In this document: positions 42,209 through 53,600 of the stretch, one piece after another
Layout: each line of letters opens with the position of its first letter
How positions within the stretch are numbered: the stretch's first letter is position 1
Origin: Deltaproteobacteria bacterium
Lineage (GTDB): Bacteria > CG2-30-53-67
Direction of reading: 5' to 3'
NCBI GenBank assembly: GCA_013151235.1
Contig: JAADIO010000022.1
Span: forward strand, 4,256 to 68,255
DNA length: 64,000 nucleotides
The notes under the pieces: generated by a model
What the model was told of the DNA's origin: nothing
Seen by the model: only the letters and a program-made list of their open reading frames with translations
Databases searched by the model: none
Translations under genes and position numbers: made by a program

Positions 42209-43228
42209 TTATTGTGCAACCACAGTCACCTTGCGCGAAGGCGCGCTTTCATTCGGTTCCGGGGCATGGTCAAAGGCCGTGACCGAATATTCATAACGTA
42301 CCCCGGCGCTTACCGAAGAATCGGTGAAGGCCGTCCCCGGGGTTTTCACTTCTCCGATAAAGCGGGCATTCTTCTCTTTTTTCGTCCGCCGATAAACCCG
42401 GTAACCGGCCAGGTCCGTTTCTTTGTTTTCCTCCCAGAAGAGCCTGACCCGCCCCGGACCCGCGATCGCCTCTATCCCTATAGGGGACGCCGGGGCCTTC
42501 CGGTCCAGGGGAATGACCGAAACCTCGGGCGAAGACACACTTTCGATCCAGGGTGGCCCCCCGGCGGCAATGCTCCGTACGGCATAATGATAGGTCGTTC
42601 CGTTCCGCAGTCCCCCCTCTTCAAAGTGGGGCTTCCCGAGGGGAACGGCATTCACCGGATGAAGCGGAAAGGCGGCCTTCCCGCTTCGCCGGTAAACAAG
42701 GTAGCGTACACTCTCACCCGGCGGCGATTTCCATTGCAGGGTCGCCGTCCGATCCCCCGGCACCGCCGTCAGAGAAGACGGTGGCGGAGGAGACGGCTCC
42801 CAGAGAACAACCTCTTCCTCCGATTCCGCCCCGGCAAACCCCTTGCGGCTTACCGGAACCACGAGATAGCTGTAGAGCTTTCCCATCCACACTGGATCGA
42901 TATCAAGTTTCAGTTGCAGGCGACCATCCACGATCTCCGAAGACACCGGATCGACAAAAGCCAGGTCGTGAAAACGGCGGCAGTTGCATCCCCGCTGCCG
43001 GTCCGCCAGAAGATCCTCGTAGAAGAGCCGGTATCCACTGATCTCTTCCCGATGCTTCCCGTCCGGCGCCGGCCAGGTAAAAAGGACCGTCTTGCCCCGG
43101 ATGATGACCTCAAACCCGCCCACCGCCTTTGGGAGTTCAAGATCGGGAGAGACAAGAGGGGTCTTTACACCACAGGCCGTCCAGAGCAGTCCGAGGAGAA
43201 GAAAAACCCCGACCCGACATCCTGCCAT
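42209..43228 (-). CDS. lipoprotein with fibronectin type III-like domains
   Basis: Start at MAGCRVGVFLLLGLLWTACG (ATG 43228); FN3-like LTAVPGDRTATLQWKSPPGESVRYLVYRR. Confidence 0.5.
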   Translation of the reverse strand: MAGCRVGVFLLLGLLWTACGVKTPLVSPDLELPKAVGGFEVIIRGKTVLFTWPAPDGKHREEISGYRLFYEDLLADRQRGCNCRRFHDLAFVDPVSSEIVDGRLQLKLDIDPVWMGKLYSYLVVPVSRKGFAGAESEEEVVLWEPSPPPPSSLTAVPGDRTATLQWKSPPGESVRYLVYRRSGKAAFPLHPVNAVPLGKPHFEEGGLRNGTTYHYAVRSIAAGGPPWIESVSSPEVSVIPLDRKAPASPIGIEAIAGPGRVRLFWEENKETDLAGYRVYRRTKKEKNARFIGEVKTPGTAFTDSSVSAGVRYEYSVTAFDHAPEPNESAPSRKVTVVAQ

Positions 43229-43229
43229 C

Positions 43230-44633
43230 CTAACCACTCCGGCCGCGGCGGGGAGAAGGGGAAACCTTACGCCGGATCGCCGCAATCCGTTTTTTGACCC
43301 GGGCCGGTGCCGTTCCACCGGGAATGTCCCGGGAGGCAACGGACGCCTTCGGCGTAAGCACACCATAGATGTCCTTTTCAATGGAGGGGTGAAAGCTCTG
43401 CATCTCCTGCAGGGAGAGGGATTCAAGCCCCCGACCCGCGTCCATACAGAACCGGACGATTTTCCCCGTCACTTCATGAGCCGTGCGAAAGGGAAGTCCC
43501 TTCCGGACCAGGTAATCCGCCAGATCGGTGGCCGTGGAAAACCCCTTCGTTGCACACGACTCCATCCTCTCCCGCCGGATGGTCAGACTCTTGATCATCC
43601 CGGCGAATACCGTGAGCGACCCAACGACGGTATCGACGGTATCAAAGAGGGGCTCCTTGTCCTCCTGGAGATCCCGGTTATACGTGAGGGGCAGCCCCTT
43701 CAGGTTCGTCAGCATCGCCATGAGGTGGCCGTAAACCCGGCCCGTCTTTCCCCGGACCAGTTCCGGCACATCGGGATTCTTTTTCTGAGGCATGATACTG
43801 CTCCCCGTGGCGTAGTCGTCCCCCATCTCGACGAAAGAGAAGGGCTCACTCGACCAGAGGATCAGCTCTTCGCTGAAACGGGAAAGATGCATCATGATCA
43901 GGGAGGCCGCTGTGAAGAATTCGACCAGGTAATCCCGGTCGCTCACGGCATCCATACTGTTCTCCGTAACCCCCTCGAAACCGAGCTGATCGGCCACAAA
44001 CTCCCGGTCGATCGGGAAAGGGGTCCCGGCAAGGGCCCCGGATCCAAGGGGGAGGCGGTTGACCCGCTTCGCGCATTCGGTCAGGCGCTCCCGATCCCGG
44101 AGGAACATCTCACAGTAGGCCAGAAGATGATGGGCGAACAACACCGGCTGGGCGATCTGAAGATGAGTAAAACCCGGCATGATCACCCCCTCCCCGGCCT
44201 TCGCCTTCTCTATGAGAATGAGGATCAGACCCCGGATGAGATCATCAATCCCCCCGATGGCATCCCGGAGAAAGAGGCGGGTATCGAGGGCCACCTGGTC
44301 GTTCCGGCTCCGGGCCGTGTGGAGCCTGCCGCCCACGTCACCGATCTTCTCAATGAGCCGCCCTTCGATATTCATGTGGATATCTTCCAGCTCAGGACGG
44401 AAGGGAAAGGTCCCCCCCTCAATCTCCCGGGCGATGGAACGAAGCCCCTGCAGGATCTTCTTTGCATCCGCGGAGGGGATAATCTTCTGCCGGGCCAGCA
44501 TCCGGCAGTGGGCCATGCTCCCTTCAATATCGTAGGGGGCCAGCCGTTTGTCGTAATGGACCGACGCGGTAAAGGCCTCCACGCCCTTATCCATTGCTTT
44601 CGTAAAGCGCCCGCCCCAAGGTTTCTTCTTCAA
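43230..44633 (-). CDS. argH: argininosuccinate lyase
   Basis: [17 protein letters not shown] fumarase/ASL signatures. Confidence 0.95.
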   Translation of the reverse strand: MKKKPWGGRFTKAMDKGVEAFTASVHYDKRLAPYDIEGSMAHCRMLARQKIIPSADAKKILQGLRSIAREIEGGTFPFRPELEDIHMNIEGRLIEKIGDVGGRLHTARSRNDQVALDTRLFLRDAIGGIDDLIRGLILILIEKAKAGEGVIMPGFTHLQIAQPVLFAHHLLAYCEMFLRDRERLTECAKRVNRLPLGSGALAGTPFPIDREFVADQLGFEGVTENSMDAVSDRDYLVEFFTAASLIMMHLSRFSEELILWSSEPFSFVEMGDDYATGSSIMPQKKNPDVPELVRGKTGRVYGHLMAMLTNLKGLPLTYNRDLQEDKEPLFDTVDTVVGSLTVFAGMIKSLTIRRERMESCATKGFSTATDLADYLVRKGLPFRTAHEVTGKIVRFCMDAGRGLESLSLQEMQSFHPSIEKDIYGVLTPKASVASRDIPGGTAPARVKKRIAAIRRKVSPSPRRGRSG

Positions 44634-44923
44634 AGATCACTCCTTTACGGATCATCAAAGGGGGTCTATCTATTTGAAAGTATTGACAAACAGATCTATC
44701 ACATCTTGGCCGGACATCTTATCAACCGGCCGATTCGATGTCAAGGAGGGAATCATACCCATCCGTCAACCGTCATGGTTTCTTCAAAGGGCTCTGAAGG
44801 AAGATGTAACAGGCGGGCAGATCCACCTGAATGGATGTCTAACCGGAAAATCGACAGTCGGCGTGGATTCGCGGCGGTCAAAGTTTTCGCCGCAGACAAG
44901 GCAACCCGGCGAGAGGAAACCGA

Positions 44924-45628
44924 TCACTCCGCAACGGGATTGTTCGATGCCGCTCCCCGGGCGATAATACGGAACGTGACAACCGGCACCTGAGGAAGGT
45001 CCGTACGGATCAGGGCAAGGCCGGAAAAATCCGGTTGTTCGGCCTTGCCGACGAACGCCACCGACACCTTGATCTCACCACCGGCAGGCACGGCAGGATC
45101 GTCGACAGAGATCCTGAGGCGGGTATCGAAGGGTTTTACGACCTCAAGATGGATCGGCTTCGCCGAGTGATTCGACAGAGTCACCGACCGGGAGACCACC
45201 TTCCCCGGAGGAACCAGGCCGAAGTTACAAATCAGGGGATTCACGGTAACGGGTTCCAGGACATTCCCTTTGATCCGGAGCAGGAATCGCCCGTCCGGCG
45301 CGTTGGTCAGGAGGGAAATCCCCTTCGACTGGGGACCCCTTTTGTGCCGGGAGTTAAAAACCACGAGAAGTTCGCCGCTCTTCCCCGGGGCGATCTCACG
45401 CGGGTAGTCACGGGCAACGGTGCAACCGCAGGTGGTTTCCACCTTGTAAATCTCCAGCGTCTCGTCCCCCCGATTTTCCAGTTCAAAGCGGTGTACCACC
45501 TGGGTCCCCTGGAGAATCGTTCCAAAGTCAAAGACCGGCGAAGAGACCGCCACTCGCGGCCCCACGGCCGCTGAAACCGCAGCACAGAGCATCATCATAA
45601 GAACAACGGCCAGGATCTTTCGTATCAT
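44924..45628 (-). CDS. DUF1573-family secreted protein
   Basis: Start MIRKILAVVLMMMLCAAVSA (ATG 45628); ETTCGCTVA motif typical of DUF1573 Ig-like domains. Confidence 0.6.
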   Translation of the reverse strand: MIRKILAVVLMMMLCAAVSAAVGPRVAVSSPVFDFGTILQGTQVVHRFELENRGDETLEIYKVETTCGCTVARDYPREIAPGKSGELLVVFNSRHKRGPQSKGISLLTNAPDGRFLLRIKGNVLEPVTVNPLICNFGLVPPGKVVSRSVTLSNHSAKPIHLEVVKPFDTRLRISVDDPAVPAGGEIKVSVAFVGKAEQPDFSGLALIRTDLPQVPVVTFRIIARGAASNNPVAE

Positions 45629-45732
45629 GGCGCCGCCCTCTCTTCCAGGAGGGATTTGCACCGCGTGTGGCTCATGCTTTTGGGCTTGACTTTTGACTTT
45701 GTTTCTCTCCGTGGTTAATGCTGTGGTTGCCG

Positions 45733-46560
45733 TTACTCCGCGTCCTTTGCACACCGAAAGCCGACGTCGTTGTGGTGATAACCTTCGATGGCAATCGCCT
45801 GCCGTCGGGTAATCCGCAACAGCGCGGCATTTGAACTCCATGCCCCCCCCCGGATCACGTGGATCCCCTTGCCGTACAGTCTGTTCGACATCTCATTGCC
45901 GGGGTACGGGGTATAGACACCCGCTGTCCATTCGGAGACGTTCCCGGCCATGTTGCGAACCCCGTAGGGCGAACTATCGGTCGCATAGAAGTCCCCGGGA
46001 ACGGTGCGGGTGTAGATGGGGTTGTGGAAGAGGGTCGCGGAGTAGCATGCCCAATAGCGGCCCCCGTGGTAGGGCGGCTCATTACCCCACGGATAGCGGC
46101 GCCCGTCGGTGCCCCGTGCGGCCTTTTCCCATTCCGCCTCCGTGGGGAGACGCTTTCCCGCCCACTTCGCATAGGCATCCGCATCCTTCCAGGTCACCTC
46201 GACCACCGGCAGTTCGTCCTTGCCCATCACCGGGTTCTTCAGTTCCACCGGCAGGGTCCGTCCGGTCGCCTCGGCAAATTTGCGGTACTCGCCCACGGTC
46301 ACCTCATGAGTATCAATATAGTAGGCGGGCAGATCCACGAGATGAGCGGGCGCCTCATCGTCGTACGAGTCGTCCGCTCCCATCCGGAAGGAGCCGGCGG
46401 GGATATAGGTCATTCCCGGGATCACCGCCGGCGGCTTTGCAGACTGCTGCTCGGCATGCTGCGCCACCTCTTTCGCCGCATGCTGCTCCGGCTTCCCGCT
46501 ACAGCCGGAACCGAAGGAGATCAAAACAAGAAGGAGAAAAACCATTCTGTAAGGGGACAT
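45733..46560 (-). CDS. FGE-sulfatase (SUMF1/formylglycine-generating-enzyme-like) domain lipoprotein
   Basis: GSFRMG...RGGAWSSNAALLRITRRQAIAIEGYHHNDVGFRCAKD; ATG 46560 with GGAG RBS. Alternative GTG at 46602 overlaps the upstream stop as GTGA. Confidence 0.8.
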   Translation of the reverse strand: MSPYRMVFLLLVLISFGSGCSGKPEQHAAKEVAQHAEQQSAKPPAVIPGMTYIPAGSFRMGADDSYDDEAPAHLVDLPAYYIDTHEVTVGEYRKFAEATGRTLPVELKNPVMGKDELPVVEVTWKDADAYAKWAGKRLPTEAEWEKAARGTDGRRYPWGNEPPYHGGRYWACYSATLFHNPIYTRTVPGDFYATDSSPYGVRNMAGNVSEWTAGVYTPYPGNEMSNRLYGKGIHVIRGGAWSSNAALLRITRRQAIAIEGYHHNDVGFRCAKDAE

Positions 46561-46598
46561 AATAAAATCTCCAATTCTTATGGATATCGACCGGCAGA

Positions 46599-48812
46599 TC
46601 ACCGATCGGCATGAGCCCAGGCAACGGCACGGTCGTAGTCCTTACCGATCGGCGTGCCGCGATAGTTGATGTTACGAGCGAGCAACGGAACGCCGGCAGG
46701 CGTGGTGCGATGGCACGCGCTGCACTCCACGGGTCCGGTGGAACCATCCGGGTTGTACTGGACCGCCTGCTGCGGCGACACCTCGTCATTGCCCAGGGGA
46801 TTGACCGGGAAAAGGCCGTGGGCCGCCTGATGGCACCCCTGGCAGGTGATCCCGGCATGGGCACTCGAAAAACGCATCAGACTGTATTTCTGTGGTTGAT
46901 CGACGGGGAAAAAACCACCCCCCATCGATTCCACAAAGGGCGGAGCGTGACAGTCGGCGCAATGCGGCAGACCCGCTGAAAACCAGTAATCCTTGCTGCC
47001 GGAGACATCACCATAAGAGACAGGAACGGCACCGTCCACTGCCGTTGCCGACACCGTGCCGTCTTTCTTCCGGTACCCGAGCGGTGCCCCTTTGCCCCGC
47101 TCCCAGGTAGCTTCGTTCCTGTCCCGCCCCTTCACTACCTTCGGGTCCAGGTAGCGGTCGATAAGCTGCTGCACGTCACCGCCGGTGAGTACCGCAGCAA
47201 TTTCCGGGATCGTTTTATTCCGCAATCCCGCTCCCGCGCCCGTCGCCGTATCGGTCAGCCGGTCCGCCCGGTAAAGGGCAATGGAAAGTCGGTTGTGACA
47301 GTGCGTGCAATAGAGCCCCCGGTCCTTGCCCTCCTCATCCCAGACGGTATCAAGGTACCATTTCCCGATCGCGTTCAGGTGACTCTTTGTGTGCAGTTCG
47401 GCCGCCCGGTACGGGTTTGAGTGGACGTCGCGGCCGGTGTAACTGCCTGCGGCATCCCGGTTGTCCCCCTTCGCGTACCGGTTGGCGCCATCCCGGGTAA
47501 CGGGGAAACGATCGAACCGACCCGCATCCGAGTGGGCCGGGTGGCACATCTGACAGTTCCCGGGCCGCCCCCCGGCGTCCGGAGCGGGCATCACCTCGGC
47601 ATGTTTTCTGTGTATCGCCTCGGTCAGCGACAACCGCGCCCGCACCTTCGAGTCGGCAATATTGGTCATGGGGCTGTCGTTCATCCGGAGACGACCGATG
47701 ACGTTATCCGCGTGGCACGAGGGACAGAAAACCGTCTGGCGACCCAGGCGGTTGAGGCTCGAGTTGTTGCTGTAGTTCCAGGTAAAATGGGTCTGCTCGT
47801 CCTTGTCGTGAAGTTCGAGGATGGAAATGGCCGCCGCCTGGGTGGTGGAGAAATGCTCGGTAGAATCACTGTAGGTCTTCAGCCAATAGCTGTATTCCGC
47901 TCGGTACTTCTTCGCCCGGTCGCCGTTCGCACGCTTCGTGCCATGGCACCGATCACAGGAGGGAGCATCGACGGGGATTACCCCCATGGCGGTCATGACA
48001 CTGCCGTCACGATCCATCACGAAACGGCCGGCTTTGTCCCGCAAGGTGATGATCACCCGCTGATAGGGCTGGTACTCCACCTCCTTGCCCGAACGGAGGC
48101 TTTTGTTTCCGCGCGAGTAGTCGAGGTAGGGAGTAAGCGGTAACCCTACGGCATCCCACAGATCAGGCGGAGCGAGGGGGATCGGGATATCGGTCGTGTC
48201 GTTTTCTCCGTCAACGAAAAAGCGTACGCCGCTCTCGCCGGTATAGTGAAGACTACGATCACGCTTCAGAATCGGCGGCCAATCAGTAATGCGCCGGCCG
48301 GTGATCCCATGGTCGTCATCGGGAGGGTGGGTATTCCAGACGTAAATGCGATCCTTCGCCGTCGCCCCGGCCGGTCGGACGCCATCGGGCCGACCGTAGG
48401 TATAATAGGGACGGATGAACTCGACCGGTGGCTGGTCGAAGGGATCGAGCCGCTCCCCGTTCCGGTCAACATCATACTTGACCCCCCAGTAGGAAAGCTT
48501 GTTGCCGGAGGAATAGGAATTTCCCTGAAAACCGAACTCGGGCTGCACACCGTCCGTCGGGGTCATCAGTTTCGGCGGCGTCCCGTCCGATCCTTCCGTA
48601 CGGATTACCTGTACCTGCACGCTGTTAAAGGGAGGCAGGGCGGCCGTATATTTGAAATCGAAGCTGGTGATGTGCATCCCCAATTCCGAATGGATCAGGA
48701 TTACATAACGGTGCTGGGGCTCATGGAACTCTTCCAGGGCAGGTGCCCTAACCGGAAACAACGCAACCATGCCCAGGAACAGCAGGACAATCCTCGTGCA
48801 ATAAGCGCTCAC
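46599..48812 (-). CDS. 7-heme c-type cytochrome with N-terminal non-heme domain (paralog of the 1662-aa cytochrome)
   Basis: GTG start overlapping the PPIase stop (GTGA); signal peptide; CXXCH motifs CDRCH, CPSCH, CQMCH, CTHCH, CADCH, CQGCH, CSACH. Confidence 0.85.
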   Translation of the reverse strand: MSAYCTRIVLLFLGMVALFPVRAPALEEFHEPQHRYVILIHSELGMHITSFDFKYTAALPPFNSVQVQVIRTEGSDGTPPKLMTPTDGVQPEFGFQGNSYSSGNKLSYWGVKYDVDRNGERLDPFDQPPVEFIRPYYTYGRPDGVRPAGATAKDRIYVWNTHPPDDDHGITGRRITDWPPILKRDRSLHYTGESGVRFFVDGENDTTDIPIPLAPPDLWDAVGLPLTPYLDYSRGNKSLRSGKEVEYQPYQRVIITLRDKAGRFVMDRDGSVMTAMGVIPVDAPSCDRCHGTKRANGDRAKKYRAEYSYWLKTYSDSTEHFSTTQAAAISILELHDKDEQTHFTWNYSNNSSLNRLGRQTVFCPSCHADNVIGRLRMNDSPMTNIADSKVRARLSLTEAIHRKHAEVMPAPDAGGRPGNCQMCHPAHSDAGRFDRFPVTRDGANRYAKGDNRDAAGSYTGRDVHSNPYRAAELHTKSHLNAIGKWYLDTVWDEEGKDRGLYCTHCHNRLSIALYRADRLTDTATGAGAGLRNKTIPEIAAVLTGGDVQQLIDRYLDPKVVKGRDRNEATWERGKGAPLGYRKKDGTVSATAVDGAVPVSYGDVSGSKDYWFSAGLPHCADCHAPPFVESMGGGFFPVDQPQKYSLMRFSSAHAGITCQGCHQAAHGLFPVNPLGNDEVSPQQAVQYNPDGSTGPVECSACHRTTPAGVPLLARNINYRGTPIGKDYDRAVAWAHADR

Positions 48813-50248
48813 TTTTGACCTCCGGAGGATGCCGGCGGCAACGCCTTACCCCGTTTTGCCGTCGGCAGGGTCACCCGGCCGAACCAGTCCGGATCGATAA
48901 CGACCTTGTGCTTTTTGCGCAGCTCCGCCAGATAGGGTCCCATATTCTTCTTGAAGAAGAATTCATTGTAGTGTTCGCGCTTGTCGCTGTTATTGATCCG
49001 TTTCAGGGAAAGCTGCTCCGGTGCGACTCGCTCCAGGGTGCGAATGAGATGCCACCCGAGCGGCGATTTCACCGGCCGACTGACCTCTTTTACCTTCAAG
49101 GCAAAGGCCGCCTTTTCCAACTCGGGAAGGATCTTCCCCCTCCCTTTTGTGATCCATCCCAAGACCCCCGAAGTCCGCCCGGCGGACGGATCGATGGAGC
49201 GCTCCTGGGCGAGCTTGTAGAAAGGATCGTAGTCCTCGGTAGTCTCCTTGAGGATCTGCTTGCGCAACGCTTTCGCCTCGGCCCTGGTCTTCACCACGAT
49301 CTGCTGCAGACGCCGCCGTTCGGGAATGGTAAAGTCCTTCGGATGTTCCTTGTAGTATTCGGCAAAAGCCTTATCCGTGGGGATATACTTTTTACGCAAT
49401 TTCGTCACGAGCTGCGCTGCGGTGAGGTCGCGCACAAAGTCGTCGTGGCGGTGCCGGTAGGTGGGGTCCCGATCGAGGCCGAGGCCGCGTGCCTTGCGTG
49501 CCTTGAGAATCTCAACTCCCATGGCAAGAAGTTCGGCACGCCGTTCCCCCGTACTTTTCTTGTTCTTAAGGCGAGGCCGTGCCCATCGCCAGGTCACCGG
49601 CTCGCCTGCAACCGTGGCGATTACCTGCCCCGGCTGTCGCTTATCGTCATCGTTCAGTGCAATATCGGCATCCTTCACCTCCACCCGGAGCGTCTTTCCC
49701 AAACTCTCCGCAAGTTCCTTACGTACCTCGTCGAAACGGCGGGCGGCAAGCTTGTTACGCATAACCCGGCGCATCTCGGCATCAAGTTTGTTGGCACCAT
49801 GTTTGGTGTTCTTCTCCTTCTTCCACGCAGCCTCCACCTCTGCATCGGTAATCTTGCTGCGTCGGTTGTAGAAGTCACGGGTATAGAGGTCGGCGAGGGT
49901 TTGAATCTCCCACGCCTTCAGGCGGGTACGGAATTTTTCGCTCTGATCCAGCCCTTCCGACTTTGCCTCAAGATAGAGAAGACGCTGGTTGATGAGATTC
50001 GTAAGAAAAGCCTGTTTCACCCGCCGTCCCTGACCGGAGGAGTTAAGTTGATCCGCGTACGCCTGCAGCGGGGTGGAGTCAATCGCCTGGATCACCTCCC
50101 AGTCGTGGATGGCAAGGCCGTCCACGGTGGCGACGACGCCGGATTCCCCTGCGGGTTTCCCCTTCGCCGCATCGGCTGCAAGGGTCGTGCCGGCAAGGAG
50201 TACCAGAAAGGAGAAAAGAAGAGAAACGACGACCGAAAGCTTCTTCAT
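48809..50248 (-). CDS. parvulin-type peptidyl-prolyl cis-trans isomerase (SurA/PpiD-like periplasmic chaperone)
   Basis: 479 aa, signal peptide, SurA-N-like region and parvulin domain (GVLGWITKG...GWHLI); strong GGAGG RBS. Confidence 0.75.
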   Translation of the reverse strand: MKKLSVVVSLLFSFLVLLAGTTLAADAAKGKPAGESGVVATVDGLAIHDWEVIQAIDSTPLQAYADQLNSSGQGRRVKQAFLTNLINQRLLYLEAKSEGLDQSEKFRTRLKAWEIQTLADLYTRDFYNRRSKITDAEVEAAWKKEKNTKHGANKLDAEMRRVMRNKLAARRFDEVRKELAESLGKTLRVEVKDADIALNDDDKRQPGQVIATVAGEPVTWRWARPRLKNKKSTGERRAELLAMGVEILKARKARGLGLDRDPTYRHRHDDFVRDLTAAQLVTKLRKKYIPTDKAFAEYYKEHPKDFTIPERRRLQQIVVKTRAEAKALRKQILKETTEDYDPFYKLAQERSIDPSAGRTSGVLGWITKGRGKILPELEKAAFALKVKEVSRPVKSPLGWHLIRTLERVAPEQLSLKRINNSDKREHYNEFFFKKNMGPYLAELRKKHKVVIDPDWFGRVTLPTAKRGKALPPASSGGQK

Positions 50249-50580
50249 AAATAACCTCCAACATCCGCTTTAATGAGTGTTTCGCAAAGTACCCGAAAAA
50301 CCGTATACTGTCAAGGGGTTAAGACCCGCATTTTTCGAACCTGCAAATCCCCCCTACCCCCCCTTTCCGGCGCCTCCCCCTTTTTAAAGGGGGACTGAGG
50401 GGGATTCCGCGCTTGTCTTTGATTTTCCTTGCGCCCTTGGCGTCCTTTGCGAGAAGGCGCTTTCCGCTTTTAGCCTTTGACCGGGGCGGTTTGTAAACCG
50501 CCCCCTACATCGATTTGTTTTTCTTTGCGGCCTCTGCGTCTCTGCGGTGAGATCACCTCTTGATGGTTTCATAATAGACC

Positions 50581-50612
50581 AAAGGGGGTGGACCGTAAGG
50601 CCCACCCCCTTT
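50581..50612 (-). terminator. GC-rich hairpin downstream of the giant cytochrome gene (candidate terminator)
   Basis: AAAGGGGGTGG-loop-CCACCCCCTTT, perfect 11-bp stem; moderate U content follows on the minus strand. Confidence 0.45.
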
Positions 50613-50650
50613 GTGCTGTGGCGGATTGGGACCCGCCGGGTTCATAATGT

Positions 50651-53600
50651 TTACGGGTTCGACAAGGCACCCACATGGCAATAACCGCACGAGTTTGTCA
50701 TCCCCGCAGGCGTGGTATCTCCCGCAGGATCGGGGTCACCGTTTGCAGCCAGATCGGTCCTCATGGCATCTACGAACTCCGTGGTCACCACGTCGAAGGT
50801 ATGGGAGTGGATATCCCCCTCACGGTACTGGTTCGAACCATCCGTGAGGGAGTTCTCCCACCGCGCCGTTTTGGCCGTCTTCGGCATATGGCAGTTGGTG
50901 CATCGCCCCATACCGCTACCCACCGGATCATAGGTCATGTAACTCATAGTACTGTTCACCCACTTCCCTATGTGACGCATCACCTCGGAGGCGATCGTGG
51001 CCTCATCGGTCGGGGTCGTGGTCCCGGCGGCAAGATCATCCGCCATCGACTGGGTAACAAACTGGAAGTTCGCAGGATCGGCGCCTTCCAGGCTTTCGTC
51101 CGGAGTCGTTTCACCCGCACCCGGTGCTCTGAGGGAACTGTTGTGACAACCCAGGCAGAGAGCGTTGTTATCACCGTTGGCAGTGAGCTGATGCTCTTCG
51201 ACCACACCGGCGGCACTGGGACCGCCATGAGCGTCATGACAGTCGATACAGGTCACCATCTCCATGTCGTTCTTGTACATCGTCGTACGCACCACGTCGT
51301 AGTACTGCTGGTGGTGGCCCTTCGAATGGTTGAAGGAACCGGTCACCTGCGTTACATTCCCCGCCGCAGTAGAAGTCACGAAGGGGTTGGCCGACTCATA
51401 ACCGATATCCTGCCAGCTATGGTGATCGGTGGTATAGTCGATCGCCTCCCAGTATCCGCCGACGGTCCCGAAGTCGGGAGCCAGGCCGGTGCCGTCTGCG
51501 GTGCCGTAGTACTCGGCGGGACTCATCCCCGGCTTGAAGACCGTAATCGCCGGATCGACAGTGAGATCTCCCACGGAAGCGAAGCCCGCATGAGCGCCGC
51601 TTGAATCAAGGACGCTGTGACCGTGACCGCGCTGGTGACAGGTGCCGCAAACCATCGTCAGACGTCCCGGAGTCAGAAGATCCGGCTGGACGATATTGTA
51701 GCCCTCGCCGCCGTTTGCCACATGTTCGGAACCCGGACCGTGACAGCGCTCGCAGCCGATGTTGCCGGCGTAGACGTTGGACGCGACCTGGTCAATGTAC
51801 TGGGTGATGAAATTGCCGTTGCTATCCTTGGTAATGCCGACACCGCCGTGGCAGCCGGCGCAGTCAACACCAAAGGACTCGGTGGGTGCACCCGTAGGCG
51901 TCGTACCAAGGCCTGCGGGTGTAAAAACGTCGGCACCCATGGTGGTCGGTGTGGACCACTTACCGGAGAACTCACCGTTCTCCCCGAAGGCAGCGGGGTC
52001 GGATCCGGACTCGTTCCACTGGAACGGAGCCGGATAATAATAGGAGGAACCGCCGGCCTGCACGTGCGCCGTTCCCGGCTCTCCATTGGCGCCGACAAGA
52101 AGCATGTAGCGCTGCTTGGCAACTCCCTCACCGCCATAGGTGAAAGCAACGTTGTACGTAGCCGAAAGGTTCCCGCTGCATGTGGCGTTATCCGCCATCT
52201 GCATTGTGGGCGTACCCCCCGAGTAACCCAGCTTGGCGTAATGGGTGTTGCCCTGGGCGGAGAAGCTAATGCAGTCGCCATTGGCGAATGCCGCCAAGCC
52301 ACCATCAGCGTTGGCTGCCCAACTCGTCATATCCTGCAGACTGTTGGCCATCGTATAGCCGGGGTTGGACGGATCCGGAACGCGGAATCCGAGGAAGTGA
52401 AGGGTGTGCTTCAGCGAACCCTTCGCATGGCACCCAAGACAGGTAGACGAACCGACGTAGGTCGCCGAGGTGGACGGTGTCATCGAAATCGTGATGTCAC
52501 CGAAGGCCGGCATGTTGACTACGTGGCCGTTGACCACCTTGAGAGTTTCACGCCGAGCCCACGGCAGGTGTGCCGTATCGCTCCCCGCAGGGATGACGCA
52601 GGCATAGTAATCACCGTCGGCCAGCGGCACACCATTAAAATTGTAGCTGCCATCAGCTGCGGTGGTCGCAAAACCGCCGTTGGAATTGGACCCGCCGATC
52701 ACTGCGTTGGCGACATCCTCAATCGGCTGAATGGAACTGCTCGCCTCCACATCGGCAGCAGAAACAAAGACCACGGAGGCATTGGCAACCTTCGCCGTGG
52801 AGGTATCAACGACCGTACCGTGAAGTGCAAGACCGGTCATATTATTGTGATTGGCGCAATCGTCGTTGGCCGGGGCTTCCGGAATCATCGTGCGCCCGTA
52901 GCCGAGCGGCAGGCCCAACCCGTTGTCGGTTGCGTTTCGTTCGACCGTCGGCAGGGTACTCCTCGCGTCCCGCACGGTATGCATGTAGATCACCGCCAGG
53001 TCATAGTTGGTGCCGATCGTTACGCCGTTCACCTTCTTCTTCGCCGCGACTGTCGGTACACCGCCGTTGTTGGTCACGTGACATGCGCCACAGGTAACGG
53101 GACCGTGCGAACCGTTGGCATTATACTGGAGCGCAGCGTTGCGGGTCGTCGGATCGTTCAGCGGCGACACCGGGTAGAGCCCGTGGGTCGACTCGTGACA
53201 CGACTGACAGGCGATCCTCTCGTGACCCTTGGAGTGGCGCATGAGGGCGTACTTGCCGGGCTCGGCCCAGGGCGGATTCATCCCCTGGGACTCGACAAAT
53301 GGATACGCGTGACAGTCGGCGCAGTGCGGCTCACCCGCAGAGGCCCAGAAGTCACTCCCGTCGGTCACCACACCGTAGGGGACACCGGGGACAACTTCGC
53401 CGCCCATCCCCTTGTACTGGTAGTGGTCATTGGTATCATCAATCACCGTCTCACCGCCGAGTTCGGAGGCAATATCCACTGCTTCCTGCTCGGTCAGCGG
53501 CGTATCGACACCGCCGAACATCAGGCCTTCGGCCGCAGCGTTCTGCGTGGCAACCAGGAGGTCTTCAGCCGATTCGCCGGCAATCGCAGGTCCCAGTCCA

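Noticed and set aside
43092-44993. 633-aa plus-strand ORF antisense to argH
   Set aside because: Shadow ORF. argH is unambiguous.
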